From positions 2,668,001 through 2,732,000 of the forward strand of contig OZ076409.1 in the NCBI GenBank assembly GCA_964187785.1: a stretch of 64,000 nucleotides of DNA, given 5' to 3'. The notes beneath the pieces were generated by a model. It was not told where the DNA came from and searched no databases. It worked only from the letters and a program-made list of their open reading frames with translations. The position numbers were made by a program, and so were the translations under genes. This DNA comes from Amphiscolops sp. MND2022 (taxonomy: Eukaryota). This document shows positions 27,542 through 38,972 of this stretch, piece by piece. Each line of letters opens with the position of its first letter. Positions within the stretch are counted from its first letter, which is position 1.

Positions 27542-28676
27542 GTAGTTAAGTTTTTTTACTTTTGTTTGTAGTAAACATGAATCATCATAAAAATTGACAT
27601 TATTTTTGACTAAAAAATTTTAATTTCACTTGCGACGAGTTTTCGGAAAACTTTTCCGAATTTTTTCTTTCCAAAATTCGGAAAAGTTTTGGAAGCCTGC
27701 TTGGAAAAGCTTTGAGGGATTCAAATTAAGCGACCACTTTCAAAAATTGTTCCAATACATCATCGTCTCGAACAGTTTGTTTGCACACTTAATTTTGCAA
27801 GTGCCCAACTGTGTTATCATCTTCATTCAAAATGCTAGGCGAATATGACAGTACTTATGTGACTGAAGTTGATTTGCAATAGAATGGCTGTAACATTGAT
27901 AACGTCTCAGCTGCATTTAAAAGTAGAACAGATGCTTATTGAAACTTTAGAACTTTTTGACTTAAAACTGCCGCCAAATTTTGAATAATTTTTTAAGCAG
28001 CCTTTTTGAAAAGTCGGTTACAACAGGGGAAAAGCTTCGTCTGAAAGTTTGCGTACGAGTTATAGAAAATCATAGTTAAATTTGTTGCCAGCTTTAAAGC
28101 ACGTGTATAAAAAACAAAAAATTTCAACAAGCGAAGCGTTCAAATAATGAATTGTTGAAACGGATAAAATGAAAAGGTTTTCTTTCATCAATTCGTTTTT
28201 CTGGTTCGAACAAGAAATTGACGCCCGCGTGGTATTCAAAAATCACAAAGGCTATTGAATTTGTTTAGGAAAGGAGGAATCATAGGAATTGAGAAATTTG
28301 AAAGGGGCTTTCTTTGAACACAAAACATCCCATTGTTATTAGAAAAAAATCAAAGAAAAACAGAAAGGGGCCCTTTCAGGGTTTCCCAGTTTATCCGGTC
28401 ATGGATATGTTTTCACGACGTCTTGAACTGAGATGTCATTTACAAAAGTGGGTATTTCGTGAAACATACCTGAATCATGGATGATTTTCCATGAAATTCC
28501 AAGAATCAGCGAATAAAAATAATGTAGCCAACTTTTGATACATCACCATTGCTGGCCAAATATTTGATGGTAGACTGCTTTCAAAAGAATATTCTCTCAA
28601 TAATTACAAACAGCGTCATTATTTGCTTTTCCTTTCACAAGAAAGAAGGAATCGCAAACCTCTGTTGACTTTAAAT

Positions 28677-29103
28677 AACAAGACGGGAACGTCCCAAGTC
28701 GGCGCCATATCTAAGGCTCAAAAATATTTAGGTTTTTTTTAAAAGTCGCAAAATGCCGAACAACTCAAAAAAAGGCCATTTAGTCTCATTAAGCGTTTTT
28801 AAAAACCGAAAAACTTCAAAAAATGCAAGGGAGTACCCTTTGATAGTCGAATAGTGCCGAAAAAATCCCAAAGGAGGGACCCGTTGGTCTCGCCTCTACT
28901 TTTGGAAGCACAAAATAATTGTGGTTTAGTGCGAGAATCGAACCCACGATCTCCTGCTTCTCAGAAAATTAGTTGAACAAATGAATAAAAAATTGTAAAA
29001 AAGTGGACTATTCAGAGTGAGATTGTAGGCTGAAAAAGAAACAAAACTAGCCATTGTAATAGTCGGGCTTTTTTCCTTAAGGGAGAAGGCGCCAACTAAA
29101 AAA
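28677..29103 (-). mobile_element. HINE-like repeat
   Basis: AACAAGACGGGAACGTCCCAAGTCGGCGCC ... GGCGCCAACTAAAAAA; contains a tRNA B-box-like segment near 28930. Confidence 0.7.
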
Positions 29104-29755
29104 CAACTGTTGAAAGATGATCAATTTTATCTGCTCTATGGACCGATTGTACCATGAAAATCAAGTCTGTTTTGAATTCTAGACAAACTAAAGTCAGAAA
29201 ACCCAAAGACGGATCCTTTGATGTTATGCAGGGTTTCTAAACATTTGTAAACATTCACAGGTCCCTTCAGATCTTGGGCAAAAGTCAAGTAAAAAAGAGG
29301 TATCATTCAGTTATATGTGATCTTTAGAGAAACTCTAAGAGAAAAAGTAGTCAATTCAAAAGTCGAAATATTTGTGTATATAGAACTTGAAGTGTGTTAA
29401 ATTTATCTATACCGTTCTTTGAAGCGTAGTGTTTTGGGGGTGTCCACTTTTCGAGTCAAATAGTTCTTGTTTGTTAAGGACAAAATCATGATTAGCAAAA
29501 AATAACCTGATTTTTTTGCTGTTCAATGACCCGAGTATTTTTAACAGGTTCGTCATAGTTTTAGCCATATATGGGCACCGCGCAATTCAACTTTTTATGC
29601 CGTGCTTGTCATTTTTGACGCAATCATTTATAAAGTTGCTGAAAGTTTGTTAATGAAAGTTTATATTGCATTATTGAGCAATCATGGAAATTCTCACTGA
29701 AAACTTCTGTCAGTTATTACTGGGAATTTGATGAATCAAATATATGCATATACAA

Positions 29756-30079
29756 CAGAGTTTCGACACCGCTAAATAGCGATTTAGCGAATTAGCCGCC
29801 GCACAGAACCTTTTCAGCGATTTTAGCTATTCAAATTAGCGGCAACTAATGAACTGTTCATATTCAAAAGTTCCTCGCAGTACAGACCTAGTTTTAACAT
29901 GAGCTAAAAAAAGTCCAACTCAGCCGTGTAAAACAATTATAGAACATACTTGAAGTAAAAAACATTTAATAGTTCGCACAAAAAGTTTTTCAGCTCGAAG
30001 AAATGTTTTTCAGCGAAGTAGCATTTTTGAAATTAGCGGTTTAGCTATTAGCGAAAAAATTAGCGATGTCAAAACCCTG
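29756..30079. mobile_element. hAT-type MITE
   Basis: TIRs CAGAGTTTCGACACCGCTAA / TTAGCGATGTCAAAACCCTG, TSD ATATACAA/ACATACAA, TTAGCG subterminal repeats. Confidence 0.75.
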
Positions 30080-30175
30080 ACATACAAGTATTTTCAAAAA
30101 TTACGATCGCCCATAAAAATAAATAACCCCTCTTCATTTTTAAACTGCATTTTAAGCTTTCCCCAAACTAATAGT

Positions 30176-30396
30176 TTAAATTTTGAAAGGAAGTGAAATA
30201 ATTTGTTGATAATACGGCTGACACAGTTTAATGGCTTCTACCATTGCAGGCTGGGTTTTTGCCAAGTCTTCCAAATCAATCTCTCGTTCTTTCGAATCTT
30301 CGAATCCAGTTGAATTCTGTGCCTTTGAAAAGAATCCCATGACTTTGTTCACGGTTAGCAGGCACTGAGGAACGATCCATTTCTCGTCAAACGTAT
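30176..30396 (-). CDS. Sulfotransferase-like host gene, exon 5 (last)
   Basis: Acceptor tgcag at 30397; ...AQNSTGFE...AIKLCQPYYQQI* matches the STGF C-terminal motif of the Sulfotransfer_5-type family. Confidence 0.75.
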
Positions 30397-30808
30397 CTGC
30401 ATTGTTTTTCAAAATCCCACCTGTCATGCCAGCATGATGGAAATATAATCTACTAAATATCTGTAATGTAAATATTATGTCTTATGTACTTAGATATGGG
30501 CAATATGGTGTCATATAATAAGAGCCATGGTTGTGAGCAACCCTACGTTACTTGTACTTTAATCCCTATCCCCCCTGAGTTTGAGCTATATATATTTACT
30601 TAATACTGAGCGCTCTAATTCCGGTGTCCGCACAAATGATCTTGCCAATAGCTTTTAATGTGCTATCTTATTCAATATTGGTTTGTCACGATAAGGGAGA
30701 GAAGTTTTCCGGTCAGACTGGACCGAGAGATGTAAAATAATGGAATCTGTAACTTCTACTAGCTCCCTCGCCTCAGGACTTGTAGTCGTGACGAAATTCA
30801 GAAAAGTT

Positions 30809-31696
30809 CATCACTAATCCATCAGCGGACTTAGTGATCCTACAACTTGATCTATTAGTGAAATTACAGTGCTATATTATCAAGGTTCATCGCAATCACA
30901 TCGCCAAGATTGCGGGTGAACAAAGTGTAGGACATTTAATTGATTTCATTTAATGATCCATCAGCGGATCTCACGGGACTTTAAAATGCATGAAAAACCA
31001 TCCTATACTCATCGTCGCTTTGTGATTATTAACTTTCATTGTGCTTCTCATTTCTTAACAAGAGCATGACACGTCTATATTTCATCATCCTGACTAGCAA
31101 CTACAAGGAATGAGAAAGTACATCCTTAATTCATCCTAAAAAAGAGTGAAGTGCTGGATATCTGTTTTATTAGATTAACTCATCACTAGTTCATCGTAAA
31201 TTCATCGCTAGTTCGACTTGTGTTAGAATTAGCCGAATTTTTAGTTGAGTTCATCCTAAACTCATCGTTGGAATTTCATTCATTAGATTTTGCTGTTTTA
31301 TTGAATGTATTCATCCTAAAGTCATCGTATATTTGTCTTCACTGCAGAATTAGCTGTTTCACCTGTTTTATTGACTGAATTCATCCTGAATTCATCGTCA
31401 ATTTCACTAGTACTGGAAATTAGTTATTTTCGAGGAGAGTTCATCCTTTTACCATCGTTGATTTAAATTGTGCTGGAAATCATTCATTTTGAAGACGAGT
31501 TCATCCTTTTATCATCGTCAGTTTATATCGTGTTGATTTTCGAGCTAAAAGACCACCATTCATCGCATTTTCATCCAGAGCTAAACCAGACTTGAAAAAT
31601 CAGCAAATATTCTGACGAATTCATCGCGTTTCCATCTTTAGTTTTGAAGTATTGATTTTAGTGCTACAATTAGTTGGAAAACATCGTTTTCTCATC
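30809..31696 (+). promoter_or_regulatory. Phased CATC-N7-CATC motif array in LTR
   Basis: Pairs start at 30809, 30888, 30999, 31121, 31192, 31252, 31312, 31382, 31442, 31502, 31561, 31622, 31682. Confidence 0.75.
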
Positions 31697-31753
31697 CTGT
31701 GATGCAGTTTACTCTGGTTTGACTCGAAATTAGTATATTATTGAATGATTTGA

Positions 31754-31975
31754 GTTGCTATAGAAACCATGACACTGCGTGCAGGCAATTGCGACATTGT
31801 AAAGTGATGATTAGTCATAATTAGCGTATGTAGATGTATCATGTGGTTTGGCCAACTTGCGGCAGTTCACAACACCGGTCACGTGACTTACCAATTAGCA
31901 CCAACTGGCAACAGCCAATAAGAGTCGGCTGGTAAGAGATTTAGCGTCTTACCAGCCTGAAAAGACACGTGAACT
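31754..31975 (+). promoter_or_regulatory. Candidate LTR promoter module
   Basis: X-box-like GTTGCTATAGAAAC, E-box GTCACGTGAC (31878), two CCAAT boxes, 11-bp stem hairpin 31927-31957, second CACGTG. Confidence 0.4.
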
Positions 31976-32349
31976 GCTGAATTTTGGACCGCCATTAGAG
32001 ATTACTCAGACAAAAAATTGCGATTAGCTACTGTCCAGTTGGACGAATTACGACAGACTTGAACCAGAAAACACATCTCTTATTCATCGTAAATAACGCT
32101 ACCTCCACAACTCTGAGTAATTTCTTGATTGATATCTATCCGATGAAATTTGGATGAACTCTACTTAATCCTCGCTAACTATTTCTCGTTCGTTACTAGT
32201 ATCCTTGTCTTACTGTAAAACTCATCGCATTTACATCTCAAGTTCAGAAATAGTGAATTTGAGTTTCGAATAACAGTATAAAATAGAAAAATACATCGAA
32301 AATCATCCAGAATCCAGTCTTCACTCATAATTCCTTTTCTCCCACCTCT

Positions 32350-33855
32350 ATGAACCCAGATCTAGGCACTGAACTCAGAAGCGGAAGAATTATTAGTTCC
32401 TCATTAGAAACACCCGTTCAAACGGATCCAGACATGGCTCAGTCTTCTGCCAATGACTCTGATAGTAACGAGACTTCTGATATCTCGTCTCAGTTGTCTG
32501 AAATAAAAGAGAGTTATGAGAGAAAGATAAACGAACTACAGAATGAGTTCAGTCAACTGAAGGACTTAATGATGGCTGTCATAAGTAAGACAGACACCGA
32601 AAACCGACAGTCAAGCTCGAAAGGTCCTTCAAAGCCGACCCACACGGTTGGGCTCGACATGGTGACAGGAGCTACAGAAACCCGCTCCAACCGCCCAACA
32701 ACCAGCTTCACCAACTTCAGAAGTTACCAAGAAGACGATTCAGACGAAGGAGAATCAACCCCCAGAAGCAATGAGGAACGACTACTCAATGCAATCGAGA
32801 CGATCCCCCAACGGATCAAAAACACAACCACCAACACGAAGCTTCTGCAGACACACGTGCCAAATTTCAGAGGCCAAAAAGACAAATTCGTCGAATTTGA
32901 GCACCTTCTCCTCAACCACCTTAGCCCGCTTGCCAACAAAATCACCGAGGAGAACAAACTACACTTCTTTCAAAGCCTTTTGAGAGATGACGCAATAGAA
33001 TACTGGCAATCCATCCAGATAACGCCAATGACAACACTAAAGGACGTACTCGACCTCTTCAGAAAAGAATTTGCAAAAGAGGATCTAAAGGAAGTGGCCC
33101 GTTACAAATGGGATCAAGCACGCTATGATCCCACAACAGAAACATTCGGCGATTTCCTCAAAAATCTCAAGAAGACTGCCAAACAAGCCTTCGGCAATGA
33201 GGCCGACAGAATAATCAAAATGTTCCTGTTTGGAAAACTGCCAGTCGAGATTCAACAAGAGCTCACCATGGCAAACAAAGAAGAGAGCTCCCCAGAGGAA
33301 ATCAAAACCTACCTAATGCGAAAATACCAGTACCAGCAGTACGTCGCGCCACCCACGGCAATCCAACCATTCAACGCGGTCACCTCCTCAGCACCACCTA
33401 CGATTACAACGACGAAGCCTACAACAACAACGACGACCGCACAACCGACAGAACGAAAACGATTTGAGGGACAATGTTTCTACTGCGGAAAGACAGGACA
33501 CCGCAAAACGGAATGTCGCGCCCGACAACGAGACGAAGCGAACGGCATAAAGAAGGAGGATGCAATCCCAATGAAGAAAGCAGCCGATCCAGATAAGCCG
33601 AAATACAATCCAAAATTGGTCTGCCAGATTTGCGGTTACACAGGCCACTCAGCAAGGGATTGCAGACGACGTGTCCCTAAAGAAAGCAGTTCTGCATATG
33701 GAAAGATTCCATACGCAACGAATTCACAAGATGACAACAGAACTAGAAGACAAGACTTAAAACGACAACAAAAGCCGATGAATCCTATGCAAGCAGTCAC
33801 CGAAGAAGAAGACCAAGAAACCTACTCTGATGAAGACATAAATCAGGGTTTTTGA
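32350..33855 (+). CDS. gag: Gag (501 aa)
   Basis: Capsid-like region and two CCHC knuckles (CFYCGKTGHRKTEC, CQICGYTGHSARDC); the ORF starts inside the LTR. Confidence 0.93.
   Translation: MNPDLGTELRSGRIISSSLETPVQTDPDMAQSSANDSDSNETSDISSQLSEIKESYERKINELQNEFSQLKDLMMAVISKTDTENRQSSSKGPSKPTHTVGLDMVTGATETRSNRPTTSFTNFRSYQEDDSDEGESTPRSNEERLLNAIETIPQRIKNTTTNTKLLQTHVPNFRGQKDKFVEFEHLLLNHLSPLANKITEENKLHFFQSLLRDDAIEYWQSIQITPMTTLKDVLDLFRKEFAKEDLKEVARYKWDQARYDPTTETFGDFLKNLKKTAKQAFGNEADRIIKMFLFGKLPVEIQQELTMANKEESSPEEIKTYLMRKYQYQQYVAPPTAIQPFNAVTSSAPPTITTTKPTTTTTTAQPTERKRFEGQCFYCGKTGHRKTECRARQRDEANGIKKEDAIPMKKAADPDKPKYNPKLVCQICGYTGHSARDCRRRVPKESSSAYGKIPYATNSQDDNRTRRQDLKRQQKPMNPMQAVTEEEDQETYSDEDINQGF
32660..32671 (+). 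other. Primer-binding site
   Basis: TGGTGACAGGAG directly after the LTR terminal CA; TGG is complementary to tRNA CCA; cognate tRNA not identified. Confidence 0.75.
33846..33852 (+). other. -1 ribosomal frameshift slippery site
   Basis: G GGT TTT (X XXY YYZ) immediately before the gag TGA; pol is in the -1 frame. Confidence 0.85.
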
Positions 33856-36800
33856 TTCCGCCACGATTTCCACCCGCTAGAAACACAACGCGCGACCAAC
33901 GACTTTCGACTCAACCGACTACACACGACCGTCCAATGAAGAAATGGCAGCCTTCACTGGACAAACGACTAAAAGCTGACGACGTCTATCAGCGAAGACT
34001 TTCCAACGATGAAAAAGCGATGAGAAATGCACGTCAACTCAACGGCAGCCGCTTTTCTCCACTCGCTGAAATCAACGATGAACAAACGCTGAACTGGCAA
34101 CCAAACACCATGAGGCAGGTGGAAGATGCCAAAGAGATGGAAACCCACCATCTAGACGACGACTCGACTTCACACTCAACAATCGACAAACGGCTTAGTA
34201 TTAAAAAACATGCAAAACAGAGTAGTATTAACGTTTCAAAAACTAAAAAACATGCAATTAAAACAGAAATTCACGTTCTCAGTCCCACTTTACATTTAAA
34301 CAAGAAAGATAAAATGCTGTACGTCCCTCTTCAGTTTGACAAATACGAAAACAGCGCACTTTTAGACACAGGCGCAATACAAAGTGCAATGTCTGAAGCC
34401 GAACTGCGAAAAATAACAACGGCTCATCCAGAAGCCATCCTTCAAGAATTCCCCCCTCCGAATTTCAAAATTCAAATAGCAAACGGGAACTTAGTCCCAG
34501 TGCGTAAGCAAGCCTTACTTAGATTTTACGTTGCTGGAAAAGTATTCGAAGAAACGTTCCTAATCCTTCCAACAATGGGAACAATTTTAATTGGAATGTC
34601 CTTTTTTGAAAAGTACTCAGTCAACTTAGACATCAAAAACCACCTTGTCCACTTCCCTAATCACATGATGTCCATGCAAGTTAGACAGCAAAAGAACAAC
34701 AGATTCAAGACTGGTTTAATTGATTTGTGTTCCAGTACTAGAACAGTGATCCCTCCTCTCCATCAAGTGATGATACAGGTCCACAGTGACGCGGACATCT
34801 CACTTACAACTGGTACAGTTGAGGGCTCACCTGGATTCATGCGAAAGACGTGTTTGCTTGTTTCTCCAGCTTTGGTTGACCTAGACGAGGGCAAGACGAC
34901 AATCCAGGTCACCAACCCAAACAACCACACGTACACACTTGAAGCCAACACCACTCTGGCACACTTTCGCATCCCGACACCACACCAGGCGGCAAACATC
35001 ACGCCCATGCCAGTGGAACACTTGAACTTGATCACCAAGTATCCAGATGAAGCCGAAGCAGTGATCAACCAACTGTTCGTGAACCCTGAAATGAAGTCAA
35101 CCAAGTGGTACCCAACTCCCGAGACGTGCAGTGAGCCAGACAAACTCAACGCAATTGAGCGACGGATTTATGATGAGATTCTGGCAACGCGAGAGCTCGA
35201 GAAGCTTGACCCGTCCCAATCCGATGAACAACGGATGAACTTCCTGAAGAACTTCAACTGGGACGACTCGCTTCTTACTCCGTCCCAACGGTTACAGGTA
35301 GAGGAGTTGCTGGTAAAGTACAACTCCATTTTTGCTAGACACCGTTTTGATATTGGCATGAACACTGATTTTAAAGTTAAGTTAACACCTCAACATGAAG
35401 AACCTGTTTATTCACAAAGTCTCCCGACTTCGACAAATTTGAAGGACGATTTGCTCGTGGAGTTAGCCCTAATGCAAGAGTACGGGATTATAACTACTTT
35501 GCCTCACAGCAAATACTCTTCCCCGATATTTGCTCAGCGTAAACCTAATGGTAAATTGAGGATTTTAGTTGACTTGAGAAGAATAAACCACCTGATCAAA
35601 AACGATTACGGTGAGCACAATCATCCCGTAACAACAATTGCTGACGCTGCCCAACACATGGCCGGGAAAAAGTACTTCTGCAAACTTGATTGTTCCCAGG
35701 CCTACCATTGCATTCCAATGGCCGATGAGCAATCTGTCCAACTGTTATCGTTTAATTTTGGGTCTAGAACTTTTGCATTTTTACGTCTAGCACAAGGTCT
35801 TAATCGTTCTTTGTCAGCATTTACAGGAGTAATCCGTGAGTATTTGGACCCCTTGGTCAAAGCGGACCGCTGTGCCCAATATGTTGACGATATTGGAATT
35901 GCAGCACACTCACCCGAAGAATTGATTACCAACCTTGAACTTGTTTTTCAACAATTGCACAAAGCTGGTCTTAAACTTAGCATGAGTAAATGTGAATTTG
36001 GACAAAAACAAATTGAGTACTTGGGAAAAACCATTTCTAGCACTGGGATTGCTCCCATTGAAAAACGCGTAACAGACTATTTAACGAAGTTGAAACCCCC
36101 CAATTCAGTGAAAGCGTTGCAACGTTATCTTGGTTTTGTAAACTTTTACAGGTCTTATATTCCCCGTCTAGCTGATAAAACTTGTTGTTTACAGGAACTC
36201 ATCAAGAAAGACGTCCCTTTCAAGTTGAACCAACAACATAAAGATGCTATTTTTGAAATTAATGAAAGTTTGTTAAAAGCAACAAAAGTGTCTCTGAAAT
36301 TGCCATTACCAGATAAACAACTGGTAATCATGTGTGACGCCAGCGAACACGCTGCAGGCTATGTGTTGTTAATCGAGGATTATGCAGACCCGTCAGTCAA
36401 ACATACATACGCCCCTGTTGCATTTGGATCTAAGAAATTTCAGGGCGGCCAGATGTCTCTAACAATGTATGCCAAAGAGTTTTTAGCTATGCACTTTGCC
36501 TTCGATGAATTTGGCCACATTTTGTGGGGTGCGAAAAAACCCATCATTGTTATGACTGACAATAAGGCCTTGACTAGATTTTTCCAGGCGAAGCATATCC
36601 CGCCTTCACTTTGGAATTTTTGCGATCAAACCCTTCAGTTCAATTTTCTATTAGCACATGTTCCAGGAGTTGAAAATCCCCCAGCGGATTACTTATCTCG
36701 GCTTGAGATTAGACCCGAAGACCGTGTACATTTAAAATTGACTGATACTATTCCAATTCACAGGATCGAGATCGACATCGCCTCCCGTACACCAAAACAG

Positions 36801-38945
36801 GAGGAAGACGAGCCTGATTACTTCCCCGCGAGCGAACCACTCAGATGCAAACGCCAGAAGGATGTCAAAGAGATGAAATTGGCAACTGGCACTGACGTGG
36901 CTCATGACGATGGGAAAGGGATGAAGTTCACCAACTGTGAGAGAACAGCGGCCTCAGATGACTTCGCGACTGACAACCATCTGACGTACCGCCTCACAGA
37001 CGTGGACGAGCCGATTCAACTCTCGCAATTCATCCGTAAAGTATCATTATCACACCCGGTAATGAGTCAGGTTAGCCCCGCCGAGGGGATCGATCTAATT
37101 CAGGTCCAGAAAAATAACTGGGTTATCCAAAAAATGATTAGATTTGTAGCAGGTACTGAAATTTTGCAACACCCAGTTAATATGCAAGACCAGTTTTTTC
37201 AAAAGTTGTACAAAAATCGAAAACGCCTACAAGTTGTAAACGGCGTCTTGTACAGACAGTTTTTTGATCACACGGGACTAGAGTCTCACAAGCAGTTAGT
37301 CGTTCCTGAAGACTGTATTTTGAAAATAATTAGGACTCTACATAACAGCCCGGTACAAGGACACCCTGGTTTAAAGAAAATGTTGTATGAACTTCGTAAA
37401 AGATATTACTCTCCTAACTTAGCCTGTAAAGTTCAAAAAGTCCTTGACGGATGTGAAAACTGCATGAAGTCTAAAAGTGTAAAAGAAACGCAACTACGTC
37501 CACCGTTACAAAAAATCTACGACCCGTGCGACGGACCAGAAGACCTGCTGGAAATAGACACCGTTGGTCCACTCCCGGCATCGAACGGTTTTACACACAT
37601 TCTGACGGCTGTTGACGTTTTTTCGCGCTACCTGTTCGCCGTTCCGCTGAAGAGACCTGACACACATTCCGTAGTCAGAGGACTACTGTCGATCTTCACA
37701 AAACACGCGTATGTGCCCAAACACATTCTGACCGACAAAGGCACGGCGTTCACGGCTGAACTTCTGTCTGAAATCGCGAAAGCGGCTGATATTCACATCT
37801 CCCATGCCACGATAAAGCACGCGCAGACAATAGGCATGGTGGAGAGAACGCACGCGAAACTGAAAAAGATCCTTAAGATTAGTGTAAACGCAGACAGACC
37901 ACAATGGGACCGCTATGTCGACATAGCAATCATGGCCCATAACACAACGTATCATGATTCACTGAAATGTTCACCAACTGAAATTTTCCACGGAAGAACA
38001 CCATACAACTCACTAGATCTGCAATTCCGAAACGCAAACAAACCGGCTGAAACAAAGTGCAAAGACGTGAACGAAATTCTAGACAAAATGAATTTTATCT
38101 TCAGAGACAATCTAGACAACATCATTTCCGCCTATCACAAGTACAAAACGTACTATGATAGAAAAGCACGAGCACAGCCACTGAAGGTGAATGACTTTGT
38201 GTTCCTACTAGACCCTAAGTACGACTCTCAGAGAAGCAAAGAAGAGTTTAAAACTTTCCACTGGAAAGGACCGTACAAGGTGATTGAAGTGCTATCCGAT
38301 AGCAACTACATCATCCGCAAAGTAGGCACACACCAAACTCAGTGCGTACATCGCATGCGACTGAGATTGTTCAAACCGGAATTTCCGATTGACGACATCA
38401 ACGTGTCCAAACATCTCTACCCAGATACCGAAAGGGTTGAAGACACGGACATTTTCGACTCGAATATTCCGACGACCGACGAAGTAGATCAGAATGAGAA
38501 TGACAATCTAGATCAAGACTTGGTCGAAGAAGAGCCTTCAGAAGAAACAATTCCTCGGGTACAAGAACAACACACTCCACAAGTAATTCCACCAGAAATA
38601 ACCACGAGAATAGACTATCAGCAAGTAGAAACTGATCACAACAACTTTAGACCACCTACAGTTAGATTTGGAACGCGAGAAGAAATTATTCTACCGCCTC
38701 CCCGCGATGAAAGTAGGATAAGAGTACCTCTGAGAGACGAACAACACGAAAACCAGTCACAACAGACAAACACGCAAAACGAAAATGAAGAAAGGATGAG
38801 TTCTAGACCGTCTAGATCAAATCAAAGTAGGTACAGGTTACGTGAGAACCCTACACCGAAAACGTATCCAGACTTCCTCATTCATGAGATTACTTCAGCT
38901 AGAAACGCACTGAGAAAGACCAACAAAATAGACGTAACGATTTAG
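33852..38945 (+). CDS. pol: Pol polyprotein (PR, dUTPase-like, RT, RNase H, integrase)
   Basis: LLDTGA protease; LDCSQAY and YVDD in RT; CDAS/KEFLA/TDNK in RNase H; HHCC, IDTVG/TDKG/VER and WKGPY in integrase; uninterrupted 1697 codons. Confidence 0.97.
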   Translation: MIPPRFPPARNTTRDQRLSTQPTTHDRPMKKWQPSLDKRLKADDVYQRRLSNDEKAMRNARQLNGSRFSPLAEINDEQTLNWQPNTMRQVEDAKEMETHHLDDDSTSHSTIDKRLSIKKHAKQSSINVSKTKKHAIKTEIHVLSPTLHLNKKDKMLYVPLQFDKYENSALLDTGAIQSAMSEAELRKITTAHPEAILQEFPPPNFKIQIANGNLVPVRKQALLRFYVAGKVFEETFLILPTMGTILIGMSFFEKYSVNLDIKNHLVHFPNHMMSMQVRQQKNNRFKTGLIDLCSSTRTVIPPLHQVMIQVHSDADISLTTGTVEGSPGFMRKTCLLVSPALVDLDEGKTTIQVTNPNNHTYTLEANTTLAHFRIPTPHQAANITPMPVEHLNLITKYPDEAEAVINQLFVNPEMKSTKWYPTPETCSEPDKLNAIERRIYDEILATRELEKLDPSQSDEQRMNFLKNFNWDDSLLTPSQRLQVEELLVKYNSIFARHRFDIGMNTDFKVKLTPQHEEPVYSQSLPTSTNLKDDLLVELALMQEYGIITTLPHSKYSSPIFAQRKPNGKLRILVDLRRINHLIKNDYGEHNHPVTTIADAAQHMAGKKYFCKLDCSQAYHCIPMADEQSVQLLSFNFGSRTFAFLRLAQGLNRSLSAFTGVIREYLDPLVKADRCAQYVDDIGIAAHSPEELITNLELVFQQLHKAGLKLSMSKCEFGQKQIEYLGKTISSTGIAPIEKRVTDYLTKLKPPNSVKALQRYLGFVNFYRSYIPRLADKTCCLQELIKKDVPFKLNQQHKDAIFEINESLLKATKVSLKLPLPDKQLVIMCDASEHAAGYVLLIEDYADPSVKHTYAPVAFGSKKFQGGQMSLTMYAKEFLAMHFAFDEFGHILWGAKKPIIVMTDNKALTRFFQAKHIPPSLWNFCDQTLQFNFLLAHVPGVENPPADYLSRLEIRPEDRVHLKLTDTIPIHRIEIDIASRTPKQEEDEPDYFPASEPLRCKRQKDVKEMKLATGTDVAHDDGKGMKFTNCERTAASDDFATDNHLTYRLTDVDEPIQLSQFIRKVSLSHPVMSQVSPAEGIDLIQVQKNNWVIQKMIRFVAGTEILQHPVNMQDQFFQKLYKNRKRLQVVNGVLYRQFFDHTGLESHKQLVVPEDCILKIIRTLHNSPVQGHPGLKKMLYELRKRYYSPNLACKVQKVLDGCENCMKSKSVKETQLRPPLQKIYDPCDGPEDLLEIDTVGPLPASNGFTHILTAVDVFSRYLFAVPLKRPDTHSVVRGLLSIFTKHAYVPKHILTDKGTAFTAELLSEIAKAADIHISHATIKHAQTIGMVERTHAKLKKILKISVNADRPQWDRYVDIAIMAHNTTYHDSLKCSPTEIFHGRTPYNSLDLQFRNANKPAETKCKDVNEILDKMNFIFRDNLDNIISAYHKYKTYYDRKARAQPLKVNDFVFLLDPKYDSQRSKEEFKTFHWKGPYKVIEVLSDSNYIIRKVGTHQTQCVHRMRLRLFKPEFPIDDINVSKHLYPDTERVEDTDIFDSNIPTTDEVDQNENDNLDQDLVEEEPSEETIPRVQEQHTPQVIPPEITTRIDYQQVETDHNNFRPPTVRFGTREEIILPPPRDESRIRVPLRDEQHENQSQQTNTQNENEERMSSRPSRSNQSRYRLRENPTPKTYPDFLIHEITSARNALRKTNKIDVTI

Positions 38946-38972
38946 CCAAGAAAAGTCTCATTTTAAATCTGA

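Larger units (their letters stand above)
30422..32659 (+). repeat. 5' LTR (2238 bp)
   Basis: Direct repeat of 47369-49605; by eye 4 substitutions and one 1-bp indel. Confidence 0.96.

Noticed and set aside
31192..31696. CRISPR array
   Set aside because: Only tetramers are conserved, the context is a eukaryotic LTR, and there are no cas genes.
33856..33920. Frameshift-stimulating pseudoknot
   Set aside because: No convincing stem seen by eye; needs folding software.
32724..38592. Minus-strand ORFs overlapping gag and pol
   Set aside because: Short shadow ORFs expected from codon bias, with no motifs.
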